Shown here: positions 18,325-29,499 of the stretch, piece after piece
How positions within the stretch are numbered: the first letter of the stretch is position 1
How the letters are laid out: each line of letters begins with the position of its first letter
Assembly: GCA_964362305.1 (NCBI GenBank)
Contig: CAYIDY010000005.1
Coordinates: 1 to 43,957 of the forward strand
Direction: 5' to 3'
From: an uncultured Candidatus Saccharibacteria bacterium
GTDB lineage: Bacteria > Patescibacteriota > Minisyncoccia > Phycocordibacterales > UBA2100
DNA length: 43,957 nt
Made by a program: the position numbers and the translations under genes
The notes under the pieces: generated by a model
What the model saw: only the letters and a program-made list of their open reading frames with translations
What the model was told of the DNA's origin: nothing
Database searches by the model: none

Positions 18325-19692
18325 ATGAAGATTCTCCGAATTCGCGAACTGGCCGTTCTCTTCATCGGCGACCTCTTTTTTCTCTATCTTTCTCTCTGGT
18401 TTACGCTTTTCGTGCGGTATGTAGAACTTCCAGGAGAGGTGCTGTGGCAAACCCACTTTGTGCCGTTCTCGCTCCTCTTTGCCGTGTGGCTCTTGATGTA
18501 CTTTATTGTCGGACTCTATGACCAACACACGACGATTCTGCACGCAAAATTGCCGGAGCGTATTCTTCGCGTGCAAATAGGTAACGTTGTTCTTGCCGCC
18601 CTCTTTTTCTTTTTCGTTCCAATCTTCGGTATCGCACCGAAAACTAACCTCGTCCTCTACCTCATAATCTCATCTACGTTAATGGTCTTTTGGCGCGTTG
18701 CCATCGTACCGAGGCTCTTAAAGCGCAAGAGCGCACCCGCACTTCTTATAGCGGGTGGAGTAGAGTACAAAGATCTGTACGAAGAGATAAGCCGGAATAC
18801 GCGGTATCCGTTTTACATTGCGGACACGCTGCGCATTGACCACGCCGACGGCGGTTCGCTCTCTGACCAGATTTTTGCCAAACTCAAGAACCCTGACCTC
18901 GCATACGTTATCGTTGATATTCATCACCGAAAGCTTGAGCAAATTTTACCGCACCTCTACAAGCCAATTTTCTCAAACGTACGCTTCATCGACGCGCGTG
19001 AATTGTACGAAGAAATCTTTGAACGAGTTCCGCTCTCTGTGTTATACGATCCGCAATATGTGGAGACATTGACTGCCAAAACTACGGGACCTGCGTATGA
19101 AGTAGCGAAGCGCATCATCGACATTATGGGCGCGCTTGTGATGGGATCCCTCACGCTTATCCTTGCCCCTTTTTTATGGATTCTTATGCGACTTGAAGGT
19201 CCGGGCCCGCTTCTTATTACGCAAGACAGGATGGGGCAAGGAGGGCGACGCATTCATTCTTATAAATTTCGCAGTATGACGCTGAACGACAAGGCGAGCG
19301 CAGAGTGGGTTGGCGAAGGAAAAAACACGGTGACAAAGCTCGGTAATATCTTGCGCCGAATCAGCCTCGACGAATTTCCGCAGTTCATCAATGTCTTGAA
19401 AGGCGAGATTTCTCTGATTGGTCCCCGAAATGACATCGAGGGCTTGGCAAAACGTCTTGCCGACGCTATTCCATACTATGAATTTCGCTATGTCGTAAAG
19501 TCGGGATTGACTGGCTGGGCACAGATAAACCAGCGATACGAACCGGGGAACATTTCACCGCAATCAATTGAGGAAACCAAAATGCGGCTTGCGTACGATT
19601 TCTATTACATCAAGAATCGCTCATTCATGCTCGATGTTATGATTGCGCTGAAGACGTTGAAGCGGATGCTCTTCAGAATGAGTTCTTGGTGA
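18325..19692 (+). CDS. Polyprenyl-phosphate sugar phosphotransferase (WcaJ/CpsE-like)
   Basis: N-terminal TMs; KRIIDI, YKFRSM, SLDEFPQFINVLKGEISLIGPR, GLTGWAQI. Confidence 0.92.
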   Translation: MKILRIRELAVLFIGDLFFLYLSLWFTLFVRYVELPGEVLWQTHFVPFSLLFAVWLLMYFIVGLYDQHTTILHAKLPERILRVQIGNVVLAALFFFFVPIFGIAPKTNLVLYLIISSTLMVFWRVAIVPRLLKRKSAPALLIAGGVEYKDLYEEISRNTRYPFYIADTLRIDHADGGSLSDQIFAKLKNPDLAYVIVDIHHRKLEQILPHLYKPIFSNVRFIDARELYEEIFERVPLSVLYDPQYVETLTAKTTGPAYEVAKRIIDIMGALVMGSLTLILAPFLWILMRLEGPGPLLITQDRMGQGGRRIHSYKFRSMTLNDKASAEWVGEGKNTVTKLGNILRRISLDEFPQFINVLKGEISLIGPRNDIEGLAKRLADAIPYYEFRYVVKSGLTGWAQINQRYEPGNISPQSIEETKMRLAYDFYYIKNRSFMLDVMIALKTLKRMLFRMSSW

Positions 19693-19693
19693 T

Positions 19694-20767
19694 ATGAAAA
19701 CAATTTTTATTACAGGCGCGGCAGGATATGTTGGGTTCATGCTCGTTGAGCAGTTTTTGAAACGTGACGATATCGAGAGGATTATTGCGCTCGATAAGGA
19801 GGAGATGCCTCCGTCTTTCGCGAATAATCCACGCATAATGTACATCCACAAAAATACGAGTGATGCGTGGGAGGAAGAAGTGGGGAAGTATGCGCCAGAG
19901 ATTGTCATTCACGCCGCGTGGCAAATTCGAGATATGTACGGTAATGCCCATCTTCAAGAAAAATGGAACATCGGCGGCTCTGACAGAGTATTTGATTTCA
20001 CGTTTTCTCAGCCTTCGGTGAAAAGACTGGTGTATTTTTCAACGGTTGCGTCATATGGCGCGTATCCCGACAACACCATCGAGCGCGTTTATTTCGAAAC
20101 CGACCCATTCCGTCCGAGCGACTATAGGTACGCGGAAGAGAAGCGTATTGTTGAGATGCATTTAGAAGAGAAATATGCTGCAGCAAAAAAAGCCGGCCGC
20201 GATGTGACTGTCTCCATTATTCGTCCAGCTGCCATTACGGGGCCGCGCGGTCGGTTCGCGCGCATTCGGTTTGGACTTCAGTCGGCGCTTTCGGGCAAAC
20301 TGAGTGGGTCGTTTGTATATTCCTTGGTCTCAACACTGACGTCGTTTATTCCCGCAACATCTCGCTGGGCGCGACAGTTTATCCACGAGGATGACATTGT
20401 CGACATAGCTACACTTCTCGCTTTTGATGAGCGAGTGACAGGGTACGACGCATTTAATGCAAGCCCGCCGGGAGCAATTGTGCTTCCCAAAGATATGGGG
20501 GAGGTTGTTGGGAAGCGCGTAGTTATCGTGCCCCCCTTTATCATTCGCGTCGCCTTTTTCTGTATGTGGCACTTGACGCTCGGTAAAATCCCGACGACAC
20601 GCGGCGCGTGGAAAGGATATTCGTATCCAATAATCGTAGACGGCAGCAAAATCACGAAACAATACGGTTATCAATACCGAATGCCTTCGAAAGATGCGTT
20701 TCAATACACTGACGGACGGTATGAAGACTCAGTGCCGGAAAACGAACGGCGCCACAAAACAGCATGA
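19694..20767 (+). CDS. NAD-dependent epimerase/dehydratase
   Basis: ITGAAGYVG, STVASYG, YxxxK (YAEEK). Confidence 0.85.
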   Translation: MKTIFITGAAGYVGFMLVEQFLKRDDIERIIALDKEEMPPSFANNPRIMYIHKNTSDAWEEEVGKYAPEIVIHAAWQIRDMYGNAHLQEKWNIGGSDRVFDFTFSQPSVKRLVYFSTVASYGAYPDNTIERVYFETDPFRPSDYRYAEEKRIVEMHLEEKYAAAKKAGRDVTVSIIRPAAITGPRGRFARIRFGLQSALSGKLSGSFVYSLVSTLTSFIPATSRWARQFIHEDDIVDIATLLAFDERVTGYDAFNASPPGAIVLPKDMGEVVGKRVVIVPPFIIRVAFFCMWHLTLGKIPTTRGAWKGYSYPIIVDGSKITKQYGYQYRMPSKDAFQYTDGRYEDSVPENERRHKTA

Positions 20768-21714
20768 AAGTACTTGTCACCGGTGGAGCTGGATTTATAG
20801 GGAGTCACCTCGTTGAGGCACTTCTCGACGACGGGCATGAAGTCGTATGTGTCGACAACATGAACGACTACTACGATGTCTCGCTCAAAGAAGCGCGACT
20901 CGCTCGATTTAAAGATAAGGTCTCCTTCTACAAAGTTGACATTGCCGATATGACGGCGCTCGAAGGCGTCTTTCAACAGCATCAGTTCGACGCTATCGCG
21001 CATCTCGCCGCACAGGCTGGTGTGCGGTATTCGCTTGAAGCGCCTCTCGTGTACGTAGACACCAATGTGCGCGGCACGGTGTGCGTGTTTGAATGCGCAA
21101 GGAAATATGGCGTGAAAAATATAGTGATGGCGTCGAGCTCCTCGGTATACGGCGAAATAGAAGGAGGTGAGCCTTTTTCAGAAGATTTTTCTCCGAATAA
21201 ACCGATTTCTATTTATGCAGCGACAAAGCGCGCGACCGAACTCCTCGCGTACACGTATCATCACCTCTACGGACTCAATATTACGAAGCTCCGATTTTTT
21301 ACCGCGTATGGTCCGTACGGTCGTCCCGATATGGCGTTATTCAAATTCGTAACGAATATTCTTGGAGAGAAACCGATTGACGTGTACGCAGAAGGCAACC
21401 AGGAGCGCGATTTTACGTACGTGAGTGACATTGTGGACGGATTTATGCTCGCACTCAAAAAACCGCTTGGGTTTTCGGTGTTGAATCTTGGGGCGGGGAA
21501 TCCGGTAAAGCTTCTTGATTTTATCGAAGTTATTGAACAAGTACTGGGCGTTACAGCGGAGAAAAATCTACTCCCTGCACAGCAGGGGGATGTGGCGCGT
21601 ACGTATGCAGATATTTCAAAAGCATCTCGGGAATTGGGATATAAGCCTAAAATAAGTATTAAAGATGGCGTTGAGAAGTTCGTGCAATGGTACCGAAAAT
21701 ACTATACGATGTAG
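20764..21714 (+). CDS. UDP-glucuronate 4-epimerase-like protein
   Basis: VTGGAGFIG, HLAAQAGVRYS, YAATK, YGPYGRPDMA. Confidence 0.9.
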   Translation: MKVLVTGGAGFIGSHLVEALLDDGHEVVCVDNMNDYYDVSLKEARLARFKDKVSFYKVDIADMTALEGVFQQHQFDAIAHLAAQAGVRYSLEAPLVYVDTNVRGTVCVFECARKYGVKNIVMASSSSVYGEIEGGEPFSEDFSPNKPISIYAATKRATELLAYTYHHLYGLNITKLRFFTAYGPYGRPDMALFKFVTNILGEKPIDVYAEGNQERDFTYVSDIVDGFMLALKKPLGFSVLNLGAGNPVKLLDFIEVIEQVLGVTAEKNLLPAQQGDVARTYADISKASRELGYKPKISIKDGVEKFVQWYRKYYTM

Positions 21715-21721
21715 CAACTCC

Positions 21722-22534
21722 ATGATTGTTGACGGCAAAGCAGTAGCACAATCACTCTACGAAGCGCTCCAGAAGGAGCGCGAACAGTTTGGCGAAGTAA
21801 CCTTAGGGCATTTGGTGACTGAAATGAGCGCCGTTACTGCATCCTATGCGCGCATCAAAGAGCGCGGTGCGGAAAAGTTGGGCATTAGAATGATTAGGAC
21901 TGAATTGCCTGAAGGTTCCGACACCGCGGCGGCTCTCGAGGCTATTCATCAGCTCGTCGAAATGTGTGACGGCGTGATTCCGCAATTACCAATAGTGCCG
22001 GGCATTGACGCAGCCGCTGCCATCAATGCAATCCCAAAAGAGAAAGATGTGGATGTACTTTCGGATGCAGCCGTTGCCGAATTTGAAAAAGGGGAATGGC
22101 CAGCAATTCCGCCCGTTCCCGCCGCGCTCAAATACATTCTGGAATATCACAACGTTCCCATCAAAGGCGCAAACGTTGTCGTAATTGGACAAGGTCGTCT
22201 CGTCGGGAAACCTGCATCGGTTCTATTTACACATCTTGGCGCACATGTGCGGACGCTTGTTAAAGGCGACGACATTGTCGCGGCAACGCGCGAAGCCGAC
22301 ATCATTCTCTCCGGCGCCGGCGTTCCGAGCCTCATAAAGCCCGATATGATTAAAGAAGGTGTCGCGATTGTGGATGCGGGTACCAGCGAGTCCAGCGGGA
22401 AAGTGGTAGGCGACGCGGACCCTGCCTGCGCCGAAAAAGCGTCACTCTTCACGCCAGTCCCCGGCGGTGTTGGGCCGGTTGCTATTGCACATATCTATGT
22501 CAATCTTTTTGAGTTAAAGAAAAAATATGGATAA
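21722..22534 (+). CDS. folD: Methylenetetrahydrofolate dehydrogenase/cyclohydrolase
   Basis: MIVDGK start, KDVD, GRLVGKP, TPVPGGVGP. Confidence 0.92.
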   Translation: MIVDGKAVAQSLYEALQKEREQFGEVTLGHLVTEMSAVTASYARIKERGAEKLGIRMIRTELPEGSDTAAALEAIHQLVEMCDGVIPQLPIVPGIDAAAAINAIPKEKDVDVLSDAAVAEFEKGEWPAIPPVPAALKYILEYHNVPIKGANVVVIGQGRLVGKPASVLFTHLGAHVRTLVKGDDIVAATREADIILSGAGVPSLIKPDMIKEGVAIVDAGTSESSGKVVGDADPACAEKASLFTPVPGGVGPVAIAHIYVNLFELKKKYG

Positions 22535-24059
22535 CACAATTTCTCGCGCGCTCATTTCAGTCTCCGACAAAACTGGTCTCCTTCCATTTGCGAAAGTGCT
22601 GGCTGAGAAGGGGATAGAAATTCTTTCTACCGGAGGGACGGCAAAGGTGCTGCGCGAGGCGGGCGTGCTGGTGAAAGATGTGAGTGAGCACACAGGGTTT
22701 CCGGAAATGCTTGATGGGCGGGTAAAGACACTGCACCCGAAGATTCACGGCGGACTTTTGTATATTCGTGGAAATGCCGAGCATGAGAAAACAGTTGCGG
22801 AACAGGGGATTGGCGCGATTGATTTGGTAGTCGTGAATTTGTATCCGTTTGAACAAACTGTCGCGAAGTCGGGGGCAACTCCCGAAGAAATAATTGAAAA
22901 CATTGACATCGGTGGCCCTGCGATGCTTAGGAGCGGCTCGAAGAATTTCGCGTCGGTGACGGTGGTCGTTGACCCCACGGACTATGAATCTATCGCGAAC
23001 GACATACAGACGAGTGGAGGAACAACACTAGAGCGTCGGCGGGAACTTGCCGGAAAGGTATTTGCTCACACAGCTGCGTATGATGCGGCCATCGCGAAAT
23101 ATTTTGCTGGTGAAGCAGGTGGCTCTCTTACCGTCTCCGCGCCATTGGTTCAAGCGCTGCGCTATGGAGAGAATCCTCACCAAAAAGCGTCTCTGTACGG
23201 CCAGTTTAACGACTACTACAAACAATTGCAGGGCAAAGAGCTTTCGTACAACAACATTCTCGATTTAACGGCAGCGGCGGAACTGATTCAAGAATTTAAA
23301 GGTGAAGCGCCAACCATCGCCATCCTCAAGCACAACAATCCGTGCGGCGTAGGGCAGGGAGCTACTCTGAAAGAGGCGTGGGACAAAGCGTTTGCGACGG
23401 ATACTCAGGCGCCGTTTGGCGGCATCATCGTTTCAAATGTAGTAATGGATGCCGAGGCGGCGAAAACAATTGCCGAAATCTTTAGTGAAGTTATCGTCGC
23501 TCCTGATTTCGCGCCCGAGGCACTCGCCATTTTCCAAGCCAAGAAAAACCTTCGACTTATCAAACTTCTCAAAGATCCGACGATGGGTTCACTGCAGCGC
23601 GTTCGCAGTGTCGGGCCCGACATGTATGTCGCACAAGACGCCGACCTCCACATGCTGACAGAAAGTGATGTGAAAGTGGTGACGAAACGCGCCCCGACAC
23701 CGGAAGAAATGAAGGCTTTGATGTTCGGCTGGCGTGTAGCAAAGCACGTGAAATCGAACGCGATTATTTACACAGCGGGTGACCGCACGCTCGGCGTCGG
23801 TGCGGGACAAATGAGTCGCATTGATTCAACAAAGCTCGCAGTGTGGAAAGCAAAAGAGGCGGGGCTGGATTTGAAGGGAAGCGCGGTTGCAAGTGATGCC
23901 TTCTTCCCGTTCCCAGATGGCCTCATCGCAGCTGCAGAGGCTGGCGCAACAGCAATCATTCAACCGGGCGGCGCCCTCAAAGACGCCGACGTCATCGCTG
24001 CAGCAGACGAGCGAAACCTCGCGATGGTGTTTACGGGAATCCGGCACTTTAGACATTGA
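22527..24059 (+). CDS. purH: AICAR transformylase/IMP cyclohydrolase
   Basis: [40 protein letters not shown]. Confidence 0.97.
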   Translation: MDNTISRALISVSDKTGLLPFAKVLAEKGIEILSTGGTAKVLREAGVLVKDVSEHTGFPEMLDGRVKTLHPKIHGGLLYIRGNAEHEKTVAEQGIGAIDLVVVNLYPFEQTVAKSGATPEEIIENIDIGGPAMLRSGSKNFASVTVVVDPTDYESIANDIQTSGGTTLERRRELAGKVFAHTAAYDAAIAKYFAGEAGGSLTVSAPLVQALRYGENPHQKASLYGQFNDYYKQLQGKELSYNNILDLTAAAELIQEFKGEAPTIAILKHNNPCGVGQGATLKEAWDKAFATDTQAPFGGIIVSNVVMDAEAAKTIAEIFSEVIVAPDFAPEALAIFQAKKNLRLIKLLKDPTMGSLQRVRSVGPDMYVAQDADLHMLTESDVKVVTKRAPTPEEMKALMFGWRVAKHVKSNAIIYTAGDRTLGVGAGQMSRIDSTKLAVWKAKEAGLDLKGSAVASDAFFPFPDGLIAAAEAGATAIIQPGGALKDADVIAAADERNLAMVFTGIRHFRH

Positions 24060-24060
24060 T

Positions 24061-24474
24061 ATGATTGACACACTCGAACCAGCCGAACCACTGAAGAATA
24101 TCGTTCAAGGTCTCGTGTCAAATGCAATCCACAGAGAGCTGATAGGCTTCAATGTTTTGAAGTTGCCCGCTGCACAAAAGATGCTTCAAATGGAACTTAA
24201 AACGGCCATGGAGGAAGCTGGCGTAACCACCAACACTAACTCAAGATTTGAAATACATGAGGTGCCAATTTCACCCATGAGCCTTTTACGGGGGCAGCTC
24301 AAAATATATTTTTTAATACGAGCAGACAATTTTAGCAAAAATGGAAACAATGTTTCGTTCGGATGCACGGTGAATATTACGCCAGCGGGGGATTCCGTGA
24401 GTGCAGTATCTCTTTCTGACGTTCGAACTTTTGACCCCAAAGCAGTCGAGCGTGACCGTAGTGACGAGGACTAA
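24061..24474 (+). CDS. Hypothetical protein
   Basis: ORF filling the purH-secD gap, ATG 1 nt after purH stop; no recognised motif. Confidence 0.6.
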   Translation: MIDTLEPAEPLKNIVQGLVSNAIHRELIGFNVLKLPAAQKMLQMELKTAMEEAGVTTNTNSRFEIHEVPISPMSLLRGQLKIYFLIRADNFSKNGNNVSFGCTVNITPAGDSVSAVSLSDVRTFDPKAVERDRSDED

Positions 24475-24536
24475 TTTCGCGAAGTTTTTAGAATAACGTT
24501 TGATTTAGACCGCTTTACGAGGCATACTGTTGCCTC

Positions 24537-25862
24537 ATGTGGAAAACACGACTTGTCGCACTGGTACTCCTTCTCGCGGGGACGGGGATTGGGTGGTACG
24601 TCTTTAATTCTGAGGTGACGGGGTCACGCACATTCCGCCTCGGTCTCGACCTTTCGGGCGGGACACAACTAGTCTACAAGTCTGACCTATCCGATGTCCC
24701 TCCTGGCGACGAAAGAGACGCGATGGCGTCACTTCGTGACACCATCGAGCGGCGTGTAAACTTGTTTGGCGTTGCAGAGCCGATTGTGCAGACGGAGCAG
24801 GGCGGGACGCTTGCAGGCGAGACGCAACAGCGCCTCATTGTGGAATTGCCAGGCGTGACGGACACGGAAAAAGCGATTGCAATGATCGGACAGACGCCGT
24901 CTCTCGAATTTCGACTCCTCAACAGTACAACGACAGTACCAAACGAAGGCACACCGCTTACCGTCGTACGCGACATGTTTGAAGCAGCGGCAATCTCCGG
25001 GAAGCACATCGAGAAAGCGCAGCTGCAATTCGGAGCGGGGAACTCCACCATTTCAAACGAAGCCGCGGTCGTTCTCAATTTCAACGCGGAAGGAAAAGAA
25101 ATTTTCGCGAACCTCACGCGTGACAATGTAGGCCGCCCGTTCGGCATCTTTCTCGACGACGTGCTCATCTCGATTCCCGTTATTCGCGAGGCAATCCCCG
25201 ATGGGACCGCGGTTATTTCGGGCAACTTCACGCCGGATGCTGCACGCGAGCTTGTGCGCAATCTTAACTTCGGCGCGCTTCCCGTGCCGATAGAATTAAT
25301 CTCGACGCAAACAGTATCGGGCACGCTCGGTGCTGAAGCGGTAAATGACGGCTTGTTTGCAGCACTCGCCGGAATCGTCATCGTCGCACTCTTCATGACT
25401 ATCTGGTATCGATTGCCGGGCTTCCTCGCAACACTCGCACTTCTTATGTATGCCATCATCACACTGGCACTCTTCAAACTTATTCCGGTCACCTTGACCG
25501 CAGCAGGCATCGCCGCGTTCATTCTCTCCGTCGGTATGGCCGTTGATGCCAATGTTCTTATTTTCGCGCGCATGCGTGAAGAGATGGATAAAGGAAAGAC
25601 GGTGGACGTGGCAATTAAAGAAGGATTTGACCGTGCATGGCTTTCTATTCGCGATTCAAACATTTCATCCATGATTACCGCCATCATTCTCTTTTGGTTT
25701 GGCACGTCCATCATCAAAGGGTTCGCACTGGTGTTTGGGCTCGGTGTTTTGGTTTCTATGCTCACGGCTATCACCGTTTCTCGCACGTTCTTGATGGCAC
25801 TCGGGCTTAAAGGCCAGGGAGGAGTCGGCCGTTTTCTCTTTGGGAGCGGAGTAAAAATATAA
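24537..25862 (+). CDS. secD: Protein translocase subunit SecD
   Basis: LGLDLSGG, RRVNLFGVAEP, GALPVP, GMAVDANVLIF. Confidence 0.96.
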   Translation: MWKTRLVALVLLLAGTGIGWYVFNSEVTGSRTFRLGLDLSGGTQLVYKSDLSDVPPGDERDAMASLRDTIERRVNLFGVAEPIVQTEQGGTLAGETQQRLIVELPGVTDTEKAIAMIGQTPSLEFRLLNSTTTVPNEGTPLTVVRDMFEAAAISGKHIEKAQLQFGAGNSTISNEAAVVLNFNAEGKEIFANLTRDNVGRPFGIFLDDVLISIPVIREAIPDGTAVISGNFTPDAARELVRNLNFGALPVPIELISTQTVSGTLGAEAVNDGLFAALAGIVIVALFMTIWYRLPGFLATLALLMYAIITLALFKLIPVTLTAAGIAAFILSVGMAVDANVLIFARMREEMDKGKTVDVAIKEGFDRAWLSIRDSNISSMITAIILFWFGTSIIKGFALVFGLGVLVSMLTAITVSRTFLMALGLKGQGGVGRFLFGSGVKI

Positions 25863-25866
25863 TTGT

Positions 25867-26772
25867 ATGTTTGTCATCAAATACAGAAACATATTCTTCG
25901 GACTTATTGGTGCCGTTACGCTCGCATCTCTCGTGTCCCTTGCAATTTTCGGGCTCAATTTCAGCACCGACTTTACCGGCGGCTCGCTTATCGAGGTGCG
26001 CTACGAAGGCACAGTGCCTGAGACAGGTGCACTCCAGGAATCACTCACGACTGCAGGTCTCGAATCGGTCTCAGTACGCGGTGCGGGGGAAGACAGTGTC
26101 ATTGTTCGCGCAGCGCCACTTTCTGAAATTGCACGCTCCGCGCTTCCAAGCGCACTTTCTCCGAACGAGGAAAAAGCGACCATTGAGCGCCTTACCGACG
26201 TTGGTCCCATCATCGGAGAAGAGCTTCGCAACAAAGCACTTATTGCAATCGGTCTCGTCATTACCTGCATCGTTCTTTTCATTGCGTTCGTGTTCCGCAA
26301 AGTTTCAAAGCCGGTTTCAAGCTGGACGTATGGGCTCATCACCATTGTCACCCTGGTGCACGACGTGATTGTCCCGGTCGGCGCATTCGCACTTTTTGGC
26401 TATTTGTGGGGCGCGCACGTAGACACCCTCTTTGTGACCGCAATTCTTACTATTCTTGGGTACTCGGTCCACGACACGATTGTCGTCTTCGACCGAACGC
26501 GCGAGAACTTGCGGTTGAACCAAGAAGCAAACCGAAAAGAAGATTTTGAACTAGTTGCTGGTCGCTCAATCGAACAAACATTTGTGCGCTCGGTAAACAC
26601 CTCACTCACGACTCTGCTCTCCTTGGGTGCGCTCTTTTTCTTTGGCCCTGTCGCGACCCAGGATTTTGCACTCACACTCATCATCGGCATCGTTGCGGGT
26701 ACGTATTCATCCATTGCTCTTGCTACACCACTTCTTTTGGTTGCAGAGCGCTATGCAGGAAAGCGAGCGTAA
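25867..26772 (+). CDS. secF: Protein translocase subunit SecF
   Basis: DFTGG, LVHDV, GYSVHDTIVVFDRTRE, GTYSS. Confidence 0.96.
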   Translation: MFVIKYRNIFFGLIGAVTLASLVSLAIFGLNFSTDFTGGSLIEVRYEGTVPETGALQESLTTAGLESVSVRGAGEDSVIVRAAPLSEIARSALPSALSPNEEKATIERLTDVGPIIGEELRNKALIAIGLVITCIVLFIAFVFRKVSKPVSSWTYGLITIVTLVHDVIVPVGAFALFGYLWGAHVDTLFVTAILTILGYSVHDTIVVFDRTRENLRLNQEANRKEDFELVAGRSIEQTFVRSVNTSLTTLLSLGALFFFGPVATQDFALTLIIGIVAGTYSSIALATPLLLVAERYAGKRA

Positions 26773-27517
26773 CCCCATTCAATCCGTCGGCATTATTGGG
26801 TATGGAAATTTTGGCGCGTTCGTACGCGAGCTCTTACAGCGATTTGCCCCGGAGGTTTCGGTAAAAGTATTTACTCCTGAAAAAGCAGTAGACGGAAAGA
26901 CTTTTTTCTCTCGCGAAGAAGTGGCAGTGTGCGATGCGGTTCTATTCGCCGTTCCGATTCGTGAATATGAAAGCGCGCTGAAAGACACCGTTCCTCTGAT
27001 GAAGCAAGAGGGGGTCATCGTCGACGTTGCGACGGTCAAAATGCATACCGTCGAGCTGGTGAAGAAATATTCTTCGGGTCGGCCCTACATCGCAACGCAC
27101 CCAATGTTTGGCCCAGAAAGTTATGCAAAACGAAACAAGGACGTTGCGAACTTTCGTATTGTCATCGCCGAGCACACATTACCGGCAGATGAGCATTCGC
27201 AGCTAGTCGACTTCCTTAAAGAATTGCACTTCAACGTCATTGAAATGTCCGCAGACAGGCACGACAGAAACTTGGCGGAGACGCTTTTTCTGACTCACTT
27301 CATCGGCCAAGTTGTCACACAGGCCGGTTTTGTCCGCACCGACATCGACACGGTCTCATTCGGATTTCTCATGGACGCAGTGGAGAGCGTGCGTGCTGAT
27401 AAGCAGCTGTTTGAAGATGTGTTTCGCTTCAATCCGCATTGCGCAGAGGTAATGCGCAGAGTCGGTCTTGCCGAGGAAGAGGTACGAAAGTTACTGACAG
27501 CTACAGGTAGTCGTTAA
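26753..27517 (+). CDS. tyrA: Prephenate/arogenate dehydrogenase
   Basis: IIGYGNFG Rossmann motif, DVATVK, THPMFGP, HDRNLA; start placed at ATG 26753. Confidence 0.85.
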   Translation: MQESERNPIQSVGIIGYGNFGAFVRELLQRFAPEVSVKVFTPEKAVDGKTFFSREEVAVCDAVLFAVPIREYESALKDTVPLMKQEGVIVDVATVKMHTVELVKKYSSGRPYIATHPMFGPESYAKRNKDVANFRIVIAEHTLPADEHSQLVDFLKELHFNVIEMSADRHDRNLAETLFLTHFIGQVVTQAGFVRTDIDTVSFGFLMDAVESVRADKQLFEDVFRFNPHCAEVMRRVGLAEEEVRKLLTATGSR

Positions 27518-28643
27518 TGCTTTCAACATTCGCACAAATACTTGCACGAATGTAGCGCTCGCCGTGTGAGCCGAAGGCGCTCCCGGGCGTGACAAGTACC
27601 TGTTTCTCTTTGAGAAGTTGCATGCAGAAAGTTTCGGAGTCCTTGGCTGTGTCGGGAATTTTCGCCCACAGATACAGACTGCCGCGGGGGATTTCAAAGG
27701 TGAGGCCGAGGTCCTTTAGTTTTGCCCCAATAATGTCGCGCCGCGATTTGTACGACTCAAGCATTTTTTGGTGCCACTCCATATCCATATTGGTAAGCGC
27801 GTACGCGCCCAGGCGCTGCAACGGAAGTGACATCCCCGAATCCATTTGAGACTTTACTTTCTGGAGCGCGGCAATGATGTCGCGATTTCCGACAGCCCAG
27901 CCCATGCGATATCCGGCAAATGAGAACGTCTTTGAGAACGAGCCGATTTCGATGGCATATTCCTTCGAGCCAGGAACCTGCAAAATGCTTGGCGCAACGA
28001 AACCATCAAACGTGATTTCTGAATACGCGTTGTCGTAGATGAGTGCGATGTTGTGCTTGGGCGCAAGCGTTGCAAGTTCTTGAATCTCTTCAAGATTCGC
28101 GACAGCTCCCGTCGGATTTGAAGGGAAGTTTAGAAGCAAGTATTTCGTGCGCGCGGAAATCTTTGACTCGATGTCAGCAACCGAAGGCTTAAATCCTCTT
28201 TCGGGTGCGAGGTCGTAGTACATTGGGCTCACGCCAAACAAAAGAGATGGCTCGCTAAACGGCGGGTACCCGGGGTTCGGGACGAGTATTTCATCGCCCT
28301 CATCTGCGAGTGCCAGTGGCAGATGTGCGATACCGTCTTTCCCGCCAAGGAGCGGCAATACCTCATCCGGAGAGAGGTCGACGTTGAAGCGCTTCTTGTA
28401 CCAGGCACACACAGCGTTGTTGAATGCGGGAATGCCTTTGTACCCGGGGTAGAGGTGTGCATCGGCGTCATCTAAAAATTCATTCAGTTTTGCGAGGTAC
28501 TTCTCACTCGGCCGAATATCAGGGCTCCCCGGTCCCAGGTTCAAAACCTTCCGTCCACTTGTCTTTTCAACTTCCAGCGCGGCGTTAGCAAGACGCGAAT
28601 GCACGTACTCGGGGAATTTGTTAAGTCGCTGCGCTATCTGCAT
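27501..28643 (-). CDS. PLP-dependent class I/II aminotransferase (DapL-like; possibly aromatic/prephenate aminotransferase by context)
   Basis: NFPSNPTG, DNAY, SFSKTFSFAGYRMG. Confidence 0.88.
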   Translation of the reverse strand: MQIAQRLNKFPEYVHSRLANAALEVEKTSGRKVLNLGPGSPDIRPSEKYLAKLNEFLDDADAHLYPGYKGIPAFNNAVCAWYKKRFNVDLSPDEVLPLLGGKDGIAHLPLALADEGDEILVPNPGYPPFSEPSLLFGVSPMYYDLAPERGFKPSVADIESKISARTKYLLLNFPSNPTGAVANLEEIQELATLAPKHNIALIYDNAYSEITFDGFVAPSILQVPGSKEYAIEIGSFSKTFSFAGYRMGWAVGNRDIIAALQKVKSQMDSGMSLPLQRLGAYALTNMDMEWHQKMLESYKSRRDIIGAKLKDLGLTFEIPRGSLYLWAKIPDTAKDSETFCMQLLKEKQVLVTPGSAFGSHGERYIRASICANVESINDYL

Positions 28644-28645
28644 AC

Positions 28646-28918
28646 CTATACTCTCTTCTGAATCTTAACCGAGTCTTTGTGTACTGCTTCAAATACTTCT
28701 CGCACGAGGAGAGGGGAGAGCCCTTTCTTTTTTCCCTTCGAGACACGCGCGGCAATCAGCTGCTTCTTTCGTTTCTCGTCAATTACCGCTCCGCCACCCC
28801 TTTTTTTCAGCGCCCCTATTTTTCGCGACAGTGTCGCGCGTTTTGCAAGCGCCGACACAATCACCGAGTCCACCGCATCGATTGCAGCGCGGAGCCGTCT
28901 CAAATCTGGCCTATCCAT
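28646..28918 (-). CDS. Chorismate mutase type II (AroQ)
   Basis: LRRLRAAIDAVD...LAKRA...IGALKK...DEKR pattern; context. Confidence 0.88.
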   Translation of the reverse strand: MDRPDLRRLRAAIDAVDSVIVSALAKRATLSRKIGALKKRGGGAVIDEKRKKQLIAARVSKGKKKGLSPLLVREVFEAVHKDSVKIQKRV

Positions 28919-28982
28919 GTCCAGAATGTAGCCTATTGGAGGGGTTTTGTCCCGTCTGTGGTGCCTGTGGTATCGTTAACGT

Positions 28983-29441
28983 ATGTCGAATTCGTTTGAG
29001 CTGGGAAGTAATCTGCAAAAGATGAAGGTGGTATCCGAGTCCGTCGGTGACGGGGGACGGAGTATTCGTTTCTCTTTACCCCACCCCCACAAAATTGATC
29101 AAGAGGGAGCGTATTTTGAAATGAAAGACTTTGGAAAATTTGTCTATTTTTCGAGCATGCATGCAGACAATGATTTACGCGGTAAAGGGGTCGCGAGGGC
29201 ATTCATCGATAAGGCACAAGCCTACTTGGATGAGCACAATAAATTTGGTTTTGTCAGCAACCAAATATCTCGCATGAACGGCGCGAGGTATATGTATCGT
29301 GCACCAGAGTGGTTTCCATTGTCAGAACATAACTGGATGATTCGAATACCGAAGGCGCTGCGCAATCCTGAGAATCCGCTTGCCGTTCCGCTGCTCGACA
29401 CCGAGTTAAATGAGATGGTGAGGATTTGTATGAAAAACTAG
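28983..29441 (+). CDS. Hypothetical protein, possible GNAT fold
   Basis: LRGKGVA resembles the acetyl-CoA binding motif; TGgTATCGT-6nt-ATG. Confidence 0.55.
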   Translation: MSNSFELGSNLQKMKVVSESVGDGGRSIRFSLPHPHKIDQEGAYFEMKDFGKFVYFSSMHADNDLRGKGVARAFIDKAQAYLDEHNKFGFVSNQISRMNGARYMYRAPEWFPLSEHNWMIRIPKALRNPENPLAVPLLDTELNEMVRICMKN

Positions 29442-29456
29442 TGACGAGCGTGCCAT

Positions 29457-29485
29457 TTGACGTTAAAGAGGCAAGACAGTAGAGT
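29457..29485 (+). promoter_or_regulatory. Sigma70-type promoter of the trp/aro operon
   Basis: TTGACG-17nt-TAGAGT. Confidence 0.75.
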
Positions 29486-29499
29486 GAGCCTAGACAAAA

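Noticed and set aside
24674-25786. 370-aa antisense ORF
   Set aside because: Entirely antisense to secD with no motifs; same for 1881-2567, 7521-8129 and similar shadows
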